The notes under the pieces: model-generated
What the model was told of the DNA's origin: nothing
What the model saw: only the letters and a program-made list of their open reading frames with translations
Databases searched by the model: none
Position numbers and translations under genes: made by a program
From: Octopus vulgaris
Lineage: Eukaryota
NCBI GenBank assembly: GCA_951406725.2
Contig: OX597835.1
Coordinates: forward strand, 50,762,568-50,826,567
Direction: 5' to 3'
Length of the DNA: 64,000 bases
Shown here: positions 38,077 to 53,292 of the stretch, one piece after another
How the letters are laid out: each line of letters starts with the position of its first letter
How positions within the stretch are numbered: the stretch's first letter is position 1

Positions 38077-39540
38077 AAGGTCCTCGGTATACATGAAACG
38101 TGAAGGAAAATATTTGGATAATGAAACTAATAATGTATGGGTAATTGAATGTAATGTAATAAATGATAATATATGAGTGTTCAGTTGTCATCCTCTATGC
38201 CCTCCCCAATTCCTTTGAGAGAAGCAAAGAAGACTAATAATATGTATTAAATGATTAACGAAAATAATAATTAGTGCAAGAGACCCTTAATCAATATTGA
38301 CGGTGTGACGATCAAGGAGCAACGTGTCAGTTGTGCATCAGGCTTTTGTGTCAGTCTTTGTGAGTCTGGCAGAGCGACAAACAGGACAATTGCTGGATGG
38401 AGGATAAACTGCATCAGGCAAGGGTCACTTTTGGAAAGCAGGGGTTTCAAGGGGTGTTGGGGTATGACCACTTGTGGTAAAGGTGGGGTAAGTTGGCGTG
38501 GCTCTGTGGGTAGGCGGTGAGATGCATTTCTGGTCATGGTAATTTTGGAGTTGGGAAGTGGGCATTGGTGTTGCAGCTGCATGAGGTGCTGTTAAAGTCG
38601 GTTGAGAAGGTAGTCTCATCACTGGTGTTGGCGTAGGGAACGCATGTGGTCCAGACACCATGAGCAGTGGGCCATGGGGAAGAAGCAGTAGATACTTCCA
38701 GAGGAATTTTGTTGCACAGTGTGACTTGGCCTGATCCATCCACTCTCAACATGTACAGGCTCTGGATTAGGACATAGTTCGAAAGAAGTGAGCATGTGTG
38801 TTTTGACAACCGTTCAGTAGCACTCATGTGTTTACGCAGGTCTTCTTTTCAATAAGTCATAGTTTCATGCCATGTGGAATGTAGCTTGTACTTGCCGGGA
38901 TGGATGGGAATAAAGTATTGTATAGGGCTGCCAAAGATGCACATGGCTGGGGACAAGTGTGTGTCCCAGTCAGGTGTATTTCTTTATTGTAGCATTGTGC
39001 ACTGGAAACTGTCAGTGTTAAGGAAGCCATTGGTGTCAGTGTTGTCTGTAACGAGGCCCTTTATTGTCTCAATACCGACTTTGGTGCGGCAGTTGTCATG
39101 GGGAAATGCAATGGCGGTGATTCTCCCCAATTGTGGAAGAAGGTACAATGTCAGCTCATAGCTGATAGGGCAGTGTTAAGTGCCTGTGCGCCATTCGATG
39201 CTCCCTTAAGATGGTTTTCCAGACCTGTTAGGACATACCACCATTGTCTGTCACCAATTGACAGATGTACCAATGGGAATAGGCTTGATAACTCCAAGTG
39301 GAACATTCCGGTCGAGACCTACTTTTACTTCCTCTTGCCAATGAACCAGGACTGGTATGGGCGTATGGTGGGCGACTGGTTTAGCATTAAGCGGATCGGT
39401 CTGAAGCAATGAGTAAAGGGTCTTCAGTATACCTGAAATGTGAAGGGAAAGATGATGGATAATAAAATGAATAATATATGGCGAATTGAATGTAATGTAA
39501 TAAATTGTAATATATGTGTGTTTAGTTGTAATCCTGTAAT
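38077..39540 (-). mobile_element. Internally deleted Gypsy LTR retrotransposon (integrase remnant between ~120-bp degenerate direct repeats)
   Basis: [24 protein letters not shown]...RNTPD..THLSPAMCIFGSPIQYFIPIHPGKY...RVDGSGQVTLCNK. Repeats at 38077-38195 and 39417-39537. PPT-like aaaggaattggggagggc abuts the left (3') repeat. Confidence 0.8.
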
Positions 39541-40619
39541 CAGCATAGAGGAGTTGCTAGGGTCTGCCTGTTTTATATTTATCTGTTATTACCTGAATGA
39601 TTATGATACCAACAAAAGTCAAGTACATAGGTTTATACTTGGTTAGGTACTTCTCCTGGGGTTTCTTACCAGAAATATATCATGACTGGTGTTTCTTCCT
39701 GATACAAAACCAAATTGCATCTCATCTAGATTAAGTCTTTTCCTAATTAGTTGGGCTATGATCCTCTCCGTGATTTTCATCATCTGAAGAAATTAGTGTC
39801 ATTGCAAGCACTTTATTTTTAAAGCACACATCAGGCATATGTTAACATATTAGCAATGAGAAAGCGCTCTAATCGATGTCTACCTATATACATACATATA
39901 TGCAGGGTAGCCATGTACTTTCTCTACAGCGACACACCTCTGCCTGTCTCTCTATCATACTACAGGTTAGGATGAAGCCACCTCTCTCACTACTAGCAGT
40001 CCACTCATCCTTGAAATTTACTTTTTAATTTTACTAGTGTCAGTGTTACCAAAACTTTTCTCAGACATAGAAACCATGTGAAAACAGACATTAGATGTAC
40101 GTGTAGTAATTCATCTCAGATAGTGTGAAATAGTCCAACCCATGACAACATGAAAAACGAATGTTAAATGATGATGACACACATACACGTTAATTGTATT
40201 TCTTATATTAATTTCAATAATTAATTTGTTTCTATTTATAAATAAAACCAATTGATTTTGCATGAGAATGATTAGTTTGATGACTTGTGGAAGCAATGTA
40301 CTGTGTAAATGTAAGGACAACTGTATTTATTAAACAAGCGTATATCATGATTCGACACAGATAAAACTTGACTTTCAAATGTTGGTTGATATTTTGCTTG
40401 TTGTTTGCATATCATGCCTTGTATTATAGATCCCAAATGGCCAAAGGTAAGTGGTCTTTCTTATTTTGGTGTGGGTTTGCTGTTAGGATTGGTTTTCAGA
40501 GTTTAGTCTATATTAGGGTCAGCTTGAGGATTTGTGAAGGGTTTTTAGAGAGAATAGTCAAGTAAGAGATCAAAGTTTGAACTAGGGGTTAGGATTTGGG
40601 GTGATGAGGAGAGTAGAGA

Positions 40620-41130
40620 TTGAACAGGTTTATTTATAGTGTTGATGACTGTTTTATATCGGGTTTAGCATTGAAAAGCAGGGATGGGGGCTGGGTGCTT
40701 GGATAAGATGCGGATGTCAGGTTGATCCAAGTCATCTCCATGGTGGTCTTTGGCATGTTGGTAGAGTATAGAAGACTGTTTTCTGTCGTCAAGTTGTCTT
40801 AAATGTTCATTTATCCGTTCCGCAATGCTCTTAGACGTCTCCTCTATGTACATCATGTTCATGTCCTTACAAGCACTTTCTATGCATCTTATATTGTAAA
40901 CTACATTTCGAGTTCTACAGTTAATACCAGGGCTAATTCTACATGCCATGCAGTTATCAATTGTGCATATGGTATTCTTAAACGGGCATATCCTTCATAA
41001 TTGTGACCTGACGGAGTTCCTTGGCTTTTCAACAATTTTAATTTTGAGTTTGGTCTCTTTCAGAGCTTTTCTAAATCTACGGGCTAGTTCTCCATGGGCT
41101 CTGGCCTCTACTAATATCACTCCTTGAATT
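40620..41130 (-). mobile_element. Penelope-like element GIY-YIG endonuclease fragment
   Basis: CRTRNVVYNIRC...MYIEETSKSIAERINEH...SILYQHAKDHH shows the VVY-YIG(E)T-RxxEH signature. Confidence 0.85.
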
Positions 41131-41224
41131 TTTACTGGTGAGTGTGTATTTAATAATAAGGCACTAAAAGAGAAAGACTATCCCCAGACACAACAGAATA
41201 TACACTGTTTTCGCTAATTACTCT

Positions 41225-41408
41225 TTCACTCACTTTTGCTACTTTCAGTCATTTGACTGCGGCCATGTTGGAGCACCGCCTTCAGTCAAACAAATAGAGC
41301 CCAGGACCTATTCTCTTTTGCTGAACCGTTAAGTTACGGGTGCGTGAAAACAGCAGCATCGTTTGTCAAGCGATGTTCGATGGATAAAGAGGCATACAAA
41401 CGTATATG

Positions 41409-41459
<51 letters not shown>

Positions 41460-41632
41460 ACACATACGATGGGCTTCATTTAGTTTCCGTCTACGAAATC
41501 TATTCACAAGGCTTTGGTCACCCCGAGGCTATAGTTGAAGACACTTGTCCAAGGTTCCACGCAGTGGGACTGAACCCAGAACACTGCGGTTCGTAAGCAA
41601 GCTACTTATCACAAAGCCGCTCCTACGCCTAG
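41225..41632 (-). mobile_element. tRNA-derived cephalopod SINE
   Basis: Full head-to-tail match to the other copies, with internal (TA)n. Confidence 0.75.
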
Positions 41633-41634
41633 CA

Positions 41635-41690
<56 letters not shown>

Positions 41691-42049
41691 CTATTTATAA
41701 AACTGAAATGCGAAAAGTTTGTTTGTTTGTTTGTCTGGAACGGTTTAAAGACCACTACATCCCGTCGGATTGACTCAAAAATTTACGGTTCGTGAGCAAT
41801 CATTCTCGCAGAAATGCGTGCACAAACAGACACAGAATGTCATGGTTTAAAGGTCAACATGTTTAAAACATAAATAGCTACGAGTTTGCGTATATGCATG
41901 TATCTATGTGCATGAGTGCTTACCTAACAAATGTTTCCGAGTTCAGTCCCACTGGGTGGCATGTTGGGCAAATGTCTTCTACTATAGTCTCGGGACGACC
42001 AGAGCCTTGTGAGTGGATTTGGGAGACGGAAACTAAAAGAAGACTGTCG

Positions 42050-42089
<40 letters not shown>

Positions 42090-42260
42090 GCAGTAAGAGT
42101 GGCTGTGGTATGTACCTTGCTTTCCAAACACGGTGTTTCTGGTTCAGTCCAACTACGTGGCCCCATAGGCAAGTGTCTTCCAATATAGCCTCGGACAGAC
42201 CAACGTTTCTGAGTAGATTTGGTATACGGAAACAGAAAGTAGCCCGTCGTATATAGATAG

Positions 42261-42305
<45 letters not shown>

Positions 42306-42320
42306 TATACATATATATAC

Positions 42321-42351
<31 letters not shown>

Positions 42352-43799
42352 CAGGTTTATATTGACAGATATATGTATATACACATAGATATTTAAACAT
42401 ATATGGGATGGCCATAATGGGACATCCGACCCACTAGAGAGAGCAGTTAAACTCCAATAAATCGTAAAAGTCTGTCATGTCCGAATAATATATTCGAAAG
42501 TTGCTTCCTCTTGCTCATTATAATTTATTAAAAGTAATATAATTATATGTAAGGAAAGTAACTCTGGAAGATGTTATCTAGTTATCTCCCTTCCGAGAGT
42601 TAATTACCCTGCATATTATCTTTTTATTGTTAAATTATAATATTCAAGGGAAGTAACTGAAGAAGATACTTTGTAGTTATCTCCCTTAAGTATGTAGTTA
42701 TCGGTATATAGACTTTGTCGCTCGTAGACTCTTTCAGTTATTTCACTGTGACCATGGTGGAGCACCGCCTCTAGTCAAGCAAATCAACCCCAGAAATTAT
42801 TCTTTGTATGCCTATTACTTAATGTATAGGTCTCTTTTGCAGAACCGATAAGTTACGTGGACGTAATGTTGGATGTACTGATTTAGTAGGTATTTATTTA
42901 TTGTAATAATTTCAATTATCATAAATTATGGGCTAGGAAAAATACTAGAAACTTTTTTGATAGACCTATTATATGTAAGGAAAGTAACTCTGGAAGATGT
43001 TATCTAGTTATCTCCCTTCCTTGTGTGTGTGGGACTCTTTTTATTTATGTGAGTATGGGTATTTTCATTTCAGTGTTTGTGTGTGTGTGTGTGAGTGTTT
43101 TTATTTCTGTGTGCGCGAGTGTGTGAGCGACTGAGTGTTTCTATTTGTTTGTGTGAGCGACTGAGTGTTTCTATTTGTTTGTGTGTGTGTGCGACACTTA
43201 CAACTACAACAAACACATTGACCATTTTCTAAGATACCCACATTTGAAATCACTAACTACTAAATCAAAATAAGTTCAATTTATTGCTCCTTTAGTGACT
43301 TGAGATGTTGCTCATATTTTTCCCATGTGTCGTCAATGTATTAATTTCACAAGTGGACGAAAGAAATTCTCATACTGGCGTGGAGGGAGATGATATTCTA
43401 ACTGCGAGTGCAAAGCACCCAATGCCCCTTTACATTCTGAATAAATTGTATGTTTGTGCTAGTTAGGGTTAGGGTTTTATGTGTGAGTGTGTAACTGCGT
43501 TTTCATTTCTGTGTGTGGGTGCGTATGTTTGTGTGTGACTATTTTCATTTCTATTTGTGTGTGTGCATGGGTAGGTATGTAACTGTTTTCATTTCAGTGT
43601 TTGTGTTTGTGTGAATGTTTTTATTTCTGTGTATACGTGTGTGTGAGCGTCTGTTTGTATGCGACAATTACAGCTACAACAAACACTTTAAACATCTCTA
43701 AGATACCCGCATTTGCAGATCCCCAAGTTCTAAATGAAAAGAAGTTCGATTTATTGCACCTTTAGCGACTTCAGATTTGCGAGTGTTAAGCACCCCGTA

Positions 43800-44065
43800 T
43801 CTACATACCTGGATCGGCCATAATTGGCCTCATTCGGAGATCTCTCGGGTGTGGAATATTTATGACTATAGAAGTTAACTTGTTACAGGTTTTGTTTATG
43901 GCTTAACTTTTGTAGATTTTGGGAAGTCCATAGATGTTACTGGCTTTGCAGTCAAATCTAGTCAAGCAATTTGTCTCCTTTTTTGTTAAACCGTGTTGGA
44001 ACTGGTGGATAAGAGTAGACAGTTTGGTCATTATCTTCGATTGACTGTAGTTGTTGATGCTTTTA
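43800..44065 (-). mobile_element. Penelope-like RT N-terminal fragment (paralogs at 48395-48660 and 50288-50412)
   Basis: LTKKETNCLTRFDCKASNIYGLPKIYK...DLRMRPIMADP matches the PLE YGLPKIHK...RPI motif. Confidence 0.75.
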
Positions 44066-44197
44066 ACCAATACAGGTGTGTTTGACTCCCTGTATTTTAG
44101 CGGTTCGGCAAAAGAGAACAAGTTAGAATAAATACTAGGCTTACAAAGAATATGTGCTGCGGAAGATGTGATCGATTAAAGGCGGCGCTCCAGTATA

Positions 44198-44237
<40 letters not shown>

Positions 44238-47200
44238 CACATATACCCACACACACACATATATAATCTAAAACAAAAAAGAAACTTGATTATGTCCGAA
44301 GAGTAGTACTAGATAACATTATTACTTTATATATTTGTGGGGTGTAGTGAAATGTAAATGATCAGCTAGTCAATGTTTATTTGTTAAAGGTACCAGCAGA
44401 TTACTTGGATGTGTACGTGTCTCTGTTGGTGTGCGCATGGTCGTGTCTCCTCTCGCTGGCGTAAAACGACCACACCTATTACAGAAATTACGATATGAAA
44501 CGAATTATATGACGTTTAGGAGATATTTTCAGCTATCCCCCTAGTGAACAGGTTATAGACTTTTGTCGCTATTTACTCTTTTACTCTCATTTAACTGGCC
44601 ATGCTGAAACAGCACCTTCAGTCGAGCATATCGACCTCAGGACTTATTCTTTGTAGGCCTAGTTCTTATTCTAACAGTCTCTTTCGCTGAACCTCTAAGT
44701 TATGGGGTCCTAGACATATATATATATATACACACACACACACATGTATATAAAAGTACGTAGTCGCACACACAGAAATGGAAATACACAGATCTAACCC
44801 TAACCCAGTTTCATATTCCTTTGGCATTTAAACTTAAATATAAAAATGAATCTCAAACCAAGGAAAGTAACTCCCTCTACATCCCTTACTTGACAAGAGT
44901 TACATCCGTTGATTGATACTAATACAATTTAACATTAGGATACGTAAATAGTGTTTGAATAATAATAGGCTGGAATGGATTAGGGTTAGGTTTAGGTTTA
45001 GAAGACAATTGGACAAGATGAGAAGCAGTGGGAATGAAACTGAAACCATGTGGTTCGTAGGCAAACTACTTACCACAGCCATTCCTGCGCCGATATTCAT
45101 ATATACGACGGGCTTCTTTCAGTTTCCCTCTACCAACCCTCCTCAGGATACATTGGTCGGCCCGGGGGTATAGTTGAATACACTTGCCGAAGGTGCCACG
45201 CTGTTGGATTGAACCCAACACATTGAGGTTGGTGAGCAAACACTCTCACACATGCGCGAGCGCAAACAGACACAGATGAAAGCACACATATTGGCTGACC
45301 CACACACTCATACAATTTTTTCAGAGTGTCACGGTTTTAAGCTCAACATATTTAAAACATGAAATAGCTTTGCGTGTATCTATGTGCATGAGTGCGGAAG
45401 TGTGGGTATTTGTGCGTGTGTGAGCACAGTCCACACATACCCAAGGTTGCCGCATCGGCTAATGTGACCCAACCGCGAAGGTCTGTTTTACCCAGACATA
45501 CACATAGATATACGTGTATATACCCACGCACGTATATGTAGTGTCTAAAACAAAAAAGAAACTGTAAGGGATGGAACGGGAGTTCTTTCCGTTTTATTAA
45601 GAAAACTTGCATCTGTATGTGTGATAGTACATGCGTGCATTCTCGTGTGCCCTTCGAGTGCGAACAAACACACACACACACACACACACACAAGCACACA
45701 TTTAAACATATATACGATGGTATTTTTTCAGTTTCCTTCCACTAAATCCAATCACAAGGATTAGGTAGGCCTTGGGGTACAGTAGTAGACAATTGCATAA
45801 GATGACAGGCAGTGGGAGTGAACACCAAACCATGTGGTTCGCAAGCGAACTACTTACAACATAGCCATTGCTACGCCGATATTCATATATACGACGGGCT
45901 TCTTTCAGTTTCCCTCTACCAACTTCACTCAGAATACTTTGGTCGGCCCAATGCTATAGTTGAATACACTTACCGAAGGTGCAACGCTGTTGGTTTGAAC
46001 TCATCGCATTGCGTTTCGTAAGCAATCATTCTCACAGAAATGCGCGCACAAACAGACACAGAATGTCACGGTTTAATGGTCAACATGTTTAAAACATAAA
46101 TAGCTACGAGTTTGCGTATATGCATGTCTCTATGTGCATGAGTGCGGACGTGTGTTTCCAGAATGTCGCAGTTTTAAGGTCAACATATTAAAAACATAAA
46201 TAGGTACGAGATTGCGTCTTTGCATGTATCTATATTCGTGGGTGCGGACGTGTAGGTGTTTGTGTGTGTGTGAGCACAGTCCACCTATACCCAAGCTGGT
46301 TGCATTGTCTTATGGGAACCAGCCATGAAAGTTCCGGACCCCATTAATGAACTCATTTGCATACAAACAATTAGGGCTCACCTTGAAATTGTCCGGTTAA
46401 CAAACAGTAGTGTCTGAATGGGAATTAGCTTGCTTACCTAACAAATGTTTCCAAGTTCAGTCCCACTGGGTGGTATGTTGGGCAAATGTCTTCTACTATT
46501 GTCTCAGGCCGACCAAAGCCTTGTGAGTGGATTTGGGAGACGGAAACTAAAAGAAGACTGTCGTATATATATATATATGTAGCAGTAAGAGTGGCTGTGG
46601 TATGTAGCTTGCTTTCCAAACACGGTGATTCTGGTTCAGTCCAACTACGTGGACCCATGGGCAAGTGTCTTCCAATATAGCTTCGGACAGACCAACATTT
46701 CTGAGTAGATTTGGTACACGGAAACAGAAAGTAGCCCGTCGTATATAGATAGGTGTGTATATATATATATAATATGTATATATATAAAGAGAGAGAGACA
46801 TAGGTATATATTGACAGATTTATGTATATACATTTAGATATTTAAACATATAAGAGATGGCCATAATGGGACATCCGACTCACTAAAGAGAGCAGTTAAA
46901 CTCCAATAAATCGTAAAAGTCTGTCATGTCTGAATAATATTTTCGAGAGTTATTTCCCCTGCATATGATAATTTAAATAAAAGTAGTATAATTATATGTA
47001 GGGAAAGTAACTCTGGAAGATGTTATCTAGTTATCTCCCTTCCGACAGTTAATTTCCCTAAATATTATTTTATTATTGTTATATTTTAATATTTAAGGGA
47101 AGTAACTGTAGAAGATACTTTTTTGTTATCTCCCTTAAATATGTAGTTATCGTAATATAGACTTTGTCGCTCTTAGACTCTTTCAGTTATTTCACTGTGA

Positions 47201-48787
47201 CCATGGTGGAGCACCGCCTTTAGTCAAGCAAATCAACCCCAGCAATTATTCTTTGTATGCCTATTACTTAACGTATAGGTCTCTTTTGCAGAAACGATAA
47301 GTTACGTGGACGTAATGTTCGATGTACTGATTTAGTAGGTATTTATTTACTGTAAGAACTTCAATTATCATAAATTATGGGCTAGGAAAAATACTAGAAA
47401 CTTTTTTGATATACTTATTGGGGCTCCTTGTGAGTGTGGGTATTTTCATTTCAGTGTTTGTGTGTGTGTGAGAGTGCTTTTTTTTCTGTGTGCGCGAGTG
47501 TGTGAGCGACTGAGTGTTTCTATTTGTTTGTGTGTGTGCGACACTTACAAATGCAGCAAGCACTTTGACCACTTCTAAGATACCCACATTTGAAATCACT
47601 AACTACTAAATCAAAATAAGTTCAATTTATTGCACCTTTAGTGACTTGAGATGTTGCTCAAATTTTTCCCGTGTCGTCAATGTATTAATTTCACAAGTGG
47701 ACGAAAGAAATTCTCATACTGGCGTGGAGGGAGATGATATTCTAACTGCGAGTGCAAAGCACCCAATGCCCCTTTACATTCTGAATAAATTGTATGTTTG
47801 TGCTAGTTAGGGTTAGGGTTTTATGTGTGAGTGTGTAACTGCGTTTTCATTTCTGTGTGTGGGTGCGTATGTTTGTGTGTGTGTGTGTGTGTGTGTTTGT
47901 GCGTATGTTAGTGTGTGAGAGTTTGGATGTGTTACTGTATTTTTGAATTCTATTTGTGTGTGTCTGTGTTTGTGCATGTGTAGGTATGTAACTGTTTTCA
48001 TTTCTGTGTTTGTCCGCGTGTTTGAGTGTGTGAATATGTAGCTGTGTATTTTCATTTGTGTGTTTGTCTTTGTGCGTATGTGAGTGTTTTTGTGAGAATT
48101 TTTTTTTCAGTGTTTGTGTGCGTGGGACTGTTTTTATTTGTGTGTGTGTGTGTTGGTATTTTCATTTCAGTGTTTGTGTTTGTGTGAATGTTTTTATTTC
48201 TGTGTGTTCGTGTGTGTAAGCGACTGTTTTTATTCGTTTGTGTATGTGCGACAATTACAGCAACAACAAACACTTTAAGCATCTCCAAGATACCCCACAT
48301 TTGCAGATCCCTAAGTTCTAAATGAAAAGAAGTTCAATTTATTGCACCTTTAGCGAATTCAGATTTGCGAGTGTTAAGCACCCAATGCCTCCCGTATCTA
48401 CATACCTGGATTGGCCATAATTGGCCTCATTCGGAGATCTCTCGGGTGTGGAATATTTATAACTATAGAAGTTAACTTGTTACAGGTTTTGTTTATGGCT
48501 TAACTTTTGTAGATTTTGGGAAGTTCACAGATGTTACTGGCTTTGCAGTGAAATCTAGTCAAGCAATTTGTCTCCTTTTTTGTTAAACCGTGTTGGAACT
48601 GGTGGATAAGAGTAGACAGTTTGGTCATTATCTTCGATTGACTGTAGTTGTTGATGCTTTTAACCGATACAGGTGTGTTTTACTCCCTGTATTTTAGCGG
48701 TTCGGCAAAAGAGAACAAGTTAGAATAAATACTAGGCTTACAAAGAAGTGCTGCGGACAATGTGATCGATTAAAGGCAGCGCTCTAG

Positions 48788-48840
<53 letters not shown>

Positions 48841-49463
48841 TTACAGATATACGTGTATATACCCACATACGCATATATACTATATAAAACAAAAAAGAAA
48901 CTTGATTATGTCATTATTACATATATTACTTTATTACAGATATTACAACATGACACGTATATGACGTTAGGGAAGTAACTCTAGGAGATATTTTCTGCTA
49001 TCTCCCCAGTGAACAGGTCATGGACTTTTCTCGTTATTTACTCTTTTACTCTTATTTAACTGGCCATGCTGAAACAACACCTTCAGTCGAGCATATCGAC
49101 CTCAGGACTTATTCTTTGTAGGCCTAGTTCTTATTCTAACAGTCTCTTTCGCTGAACCTCTAAGTTATGGGGACGTAAACAGACTAGCATCCGTTGTGTA
49201 GCACTGTTTGGGGACAAACAGACATACGCACACACACACACGTACACATATATAAACATATATATGACTGCATTTTTCCAGTTTCCTTCTACCATATCCA
49301 ATCACAAGGCTTTGGTCGGCTCGGGGCTATAGTAGATTTTTCAAACGATGCTGGTGTTTTCCTCCCTGTATTTCAGCGGCTCGGCACAAAAGAATAAGTT
49401 AGAATAAATTATACGCTTAGAAAGAATAAGTGCTGCTGACGATGTGCTCGAAGAAGATTGATT

Positions 49464-49507
<44 letters not shown>

Positions 49508-49580
49508 GATCAGATATATATATATATATAGATCAGATATGTATATATATATAGATCAGATATATATATATATATAGATC

Positions 49581-49621
<41 letters not shown>

Positions 49622-49626
49622 GAGAC

Positions 49627-49667
<41 letters not shown>

Positions 49668-51171
49668 CATGTATATACATATAGATATTTATATATGTGT
49701 GTATGTTTCGATGTCCCCAAAACCGCTTGACACCCCATCAACTTATCCGTTCGGGAAAAGAAGACCAACAGAATAAATACTAGACTGACGTAAATAAAAG
49801 AACTAGTTTCGATTTGCTCAAGAAAAGTATGTGCTCCAGCATGGGCGCAGTGAAATGACTAAACCAGGATAAGAGTAAAAGTAAATGTAAGGGAAGTAAC
49901 TGTGGAAGCAGAGTTACTTCCCCCACATATACTGATAACTGTTAAATATACTAGGCAAGGGAAGTAACTCTAGAAAGGGAGATAAGTACAAAATCTTCCA
50001 TAGTTACTTCCCTTACACGTGTTTGTATACGTGAAACTGTTTTTATTCGTGTGTGAGTGTCAGTAGTTTCATTTCAGTGATTGTTTTTATTTCTGTGTGT
50101 ATGTGCCTATGTGCGTTTTTGTTCGTTTGTGTGTGTGCGATATTTACAGCTACAACAAACACTCTAAGCATCTCCAAGATACCCACATTTGCAAATCACT
50201 AGCTGCTAAATGAAAAGAAGTTCAATTTATTCCGACTTCAGATTTGCGATTGTTAAGCACCCAATGCTCCCTGTATCTACATACCTAGTACTGGCTTTGC
50301 AGTGAAATCTAGTCAAGCAATTTGTCTCCTTTTTTGTTAAATCGTGTTGGAACTGGTGGATAAGAGTAGACAGATTGGTCATTATCTTCCATTGACTAGT
50401 TGTTGATGCTTTTAACCGATACAGGTGTGTTTTACTCCCTGTATTTTAGCGGTTCGGCAAAAGAGAACAAGTTAGAATAAATACTATGCTTACAACGAAT
50501 AAGTGCTGCGGACGATGTGCTCGACTAAAGGCGGCGCTCCAGTATTTATATATATATATATATATATATATACATACATATTTACATAGATATACGTGTA
50601 TATACCCACATACGCATATATACTATATAAAACAAAAAAGAAACTTGATTATGTCATTATTACATATATTACTTTATTACAGATATTATAACATGAAACG
50701 TATTATATGACGTTAGGGAAGTAACTCACGGAGATATTTTCTGCTATCTCCCTAGTGAACAGGTCATAGACTTTTCTCGTTATTTACTCCTTTACTCTCA
50801 TTTACTTGTTTCAGTTATTTGACTGTGGCCATGTTGCAGCACCACCTTCAGTCGAGCATATCGACCCCAGGACTTATTCTTTGTCGGCCTAGTACTTATT
50901 CTATCAGTCTCTTTCGCTGAACCTCTAAGTTATGGGGACGTAAACAGACTAGCATCCGTTGTGTAGCAATGTTTGGGGACAAACAGACACACGCACACAC
51001 ACGCACACATATATAAACATATATATGACTGGTGTTTTCCAGTTTCCTTCCACCAAATCCAATCACAAGGCTTTGGTCGGCTCGGGGCTATAGTAGATTT
51101 TTCAAACGATGCTGGTGTGTTTTCCTCCCTGTATTTCAGCGGCTCGGCAGAAAAGAATAAGTGCTGCTGAC

Positions 51172-51215
<44 letters not shown>

Positions 51216-51223
51216 GATATATC

Positions 51224-51292
<69 letters not shown>

Positions 51293-51568
51293 AGAGAGAG
51301 AGAGAAACATGTATATACATATTGATATATGTATATGTGTGTATGTTTCGTTGTCCCCAAAACCGCTTGACAACCAATGCCGGTGTTTTTTACACTCCAT
51401 TAACTTATCCGTTCGGGAAAGGCTCGGGGCTATAGTAGATTTTTCAAACGATGCTGGTGTGTTTTCCTCCCTGTATTTCAGCGGCTCGGCAGAAAAGAAT
51501 ACGTTAGAATAAATACTAGGCTTAGAAAGAATAAGTGCTGCTGACGATGTGCTCGAAGAAGATAGATT

Positions 51569-51609
<41 letters not shown>

Positions 51610-53292
51610 ATATATGAGATATATATAAACTTAGATATATTTCGACCAAACATTGGTCGAGGCCATGTCTAACTTAATAGCACCACCTGATAGGATTATT
51701 CGAATCCTGTTTAAGTCAAGTTCTTGTTGGGTGAGTTGCATCCAATTATGGGTGGCTTATCTGGTATTCTTTGAAGGAATCTATCCAGACTCTGTTTAAA
51801 GTTGATGGGATCCCTTTCCTCTTTGATCTCTCGGGACAATGTTAAATAGGGCAGGGCCTTTTGAGGAAAAGAAATTATGTTGCAGTGTACATGTATGTTG
51901 TGATCTTGTATTGGGCAGGGGACGTATAGCCGGTGGTCCAAGTCTTGGATGAACCTTGAAGCTAATGTTTAGGTCGTTTGGGCATAGTTGGCGGTATATT
52001 TTCCACATCGTACAAATGATGTACCGCTCACGGCGACGCTGGAGGGAGTAAAATTTCAAGGCTTTAAGGCGATCCCAATAATCGAGAGCATCAAGTTTAG
52101 TGAGTGCCCTCTGGGGTGACTCAATTCTGGAGATGTTTTGTCTTGTGTGAGGACACCACAGTGGGCAGCCGTATTCAAGGTGTGGCCGTACAAAGGAGGA
52201 AAAAAGTGGTATGATGACACCTTGTTCTCTGGACCAGAAAGTTCTTAAGATCCAGGAACTCATCCTACGAGCTATATCGACCTTCTTGTTGATGTGTGCA
52301 CTCCAACTGAGATCATCATCAACAATTACACCCAGGTCTCTGATATTGTTAGAGGCTGTGAGCGGTTCCCCTGAAGGAAGAGAGTATGGCTGTTTTAGTG
52401 AGGAGTTTCTTCCAAAATGCATCAGCTCAAATTTTCCCTCGTTCAGTTGCATTTTGTTTCTGTCTGCCCATTGACTCACAGCATATAGATCAGACTGGAG
52501 TTGAGTTCGGTCTGCTGTTGACGATTTGCTGGAGTTTGGTTTCATCAGCAAATATTTTCACTTTGCAGTAATGTACGACACTGGAAAGGTCGTTTATGTT
52601 GATTATGAAGAGTAGCGGACCCAAGACAGTCCCCTGGGGGACACCGCTGGTGACTTTTGCTGGGCTTGAGTGGACTCCATCAACTACAACATGTGTTCTA
52701 TTCGCCAGGAAATACTTAATCCAGTGTAGAACTTTTCCACGGATTCCAACGTTTGCCAATTTTGAGAGTAGGATGTTATGGTCTACCCTGTCGAACGCTT
52801 TACTGAAGTCAAGATATATGACGTCAGAGTTCGAACCTGTTCCCAAGGCTTTGAGTACATCTTCAATGTGGTGTAAGAGCTGTATTAGACAGTCCCTGCC
52901 ACAGTGAAAGCCATGCTGATTTGCATTTAGGAGTTTCTGGGTCCAGGAAGTCATCCATCCTTGATCTTAACACTCTTTCAAACACTTTGATGATGTGGGA
53001 GGGATCTGTTTCCCTGTTTGAAAACCGGGATGACTGACTGGGATAGAAACTGTTTTGGTATATAACGAATTTCTCCAGAGGTTGGTCAGTGGGACTGCAA
53101 GTTGGTGTTTACATTCCTTCAGGAGACTAGCGGCGAATCTATCAGGGCCTACAGCAGAGTAGTATTTGACCCCATCTATTGCTGCTACGATGTCAGTGGG
53201 AGTGAAGGTTATGTCTGCAATTTTGTGTTGGGAGTCAACTTCGTTCGCTTCTCTTACGTGGGAACAGTAAAGACAGCAGTATTGTTTCTGCA
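51610..53292 (-). mobile_element. 5'-truncated CR1-group LINE, reverse transcriptase pseudogene
   Basis: QHGFHCGRDCLIQLL, YLDFSKAFDRVDH, SGVPQGTVLGPLLF, KIFADETKL, IRDLGV, FVRPHLEYG, SLQRRRER; few frameshifts. Confidence 0.92.

Noticed and set aside
41344-51649. ORFs rich in YIYI, HTHT and CVCV
   Set aside because: They are microsatellite and SINE translations.
51625-51690. Hammerhead-like GACC-loop-GGTC-GAAA-TATA-TC on the minus strand
   Set aside because: No CUGAnGA-type core upstream of the stem. It is better explained as the LINE 3' stem-loop.
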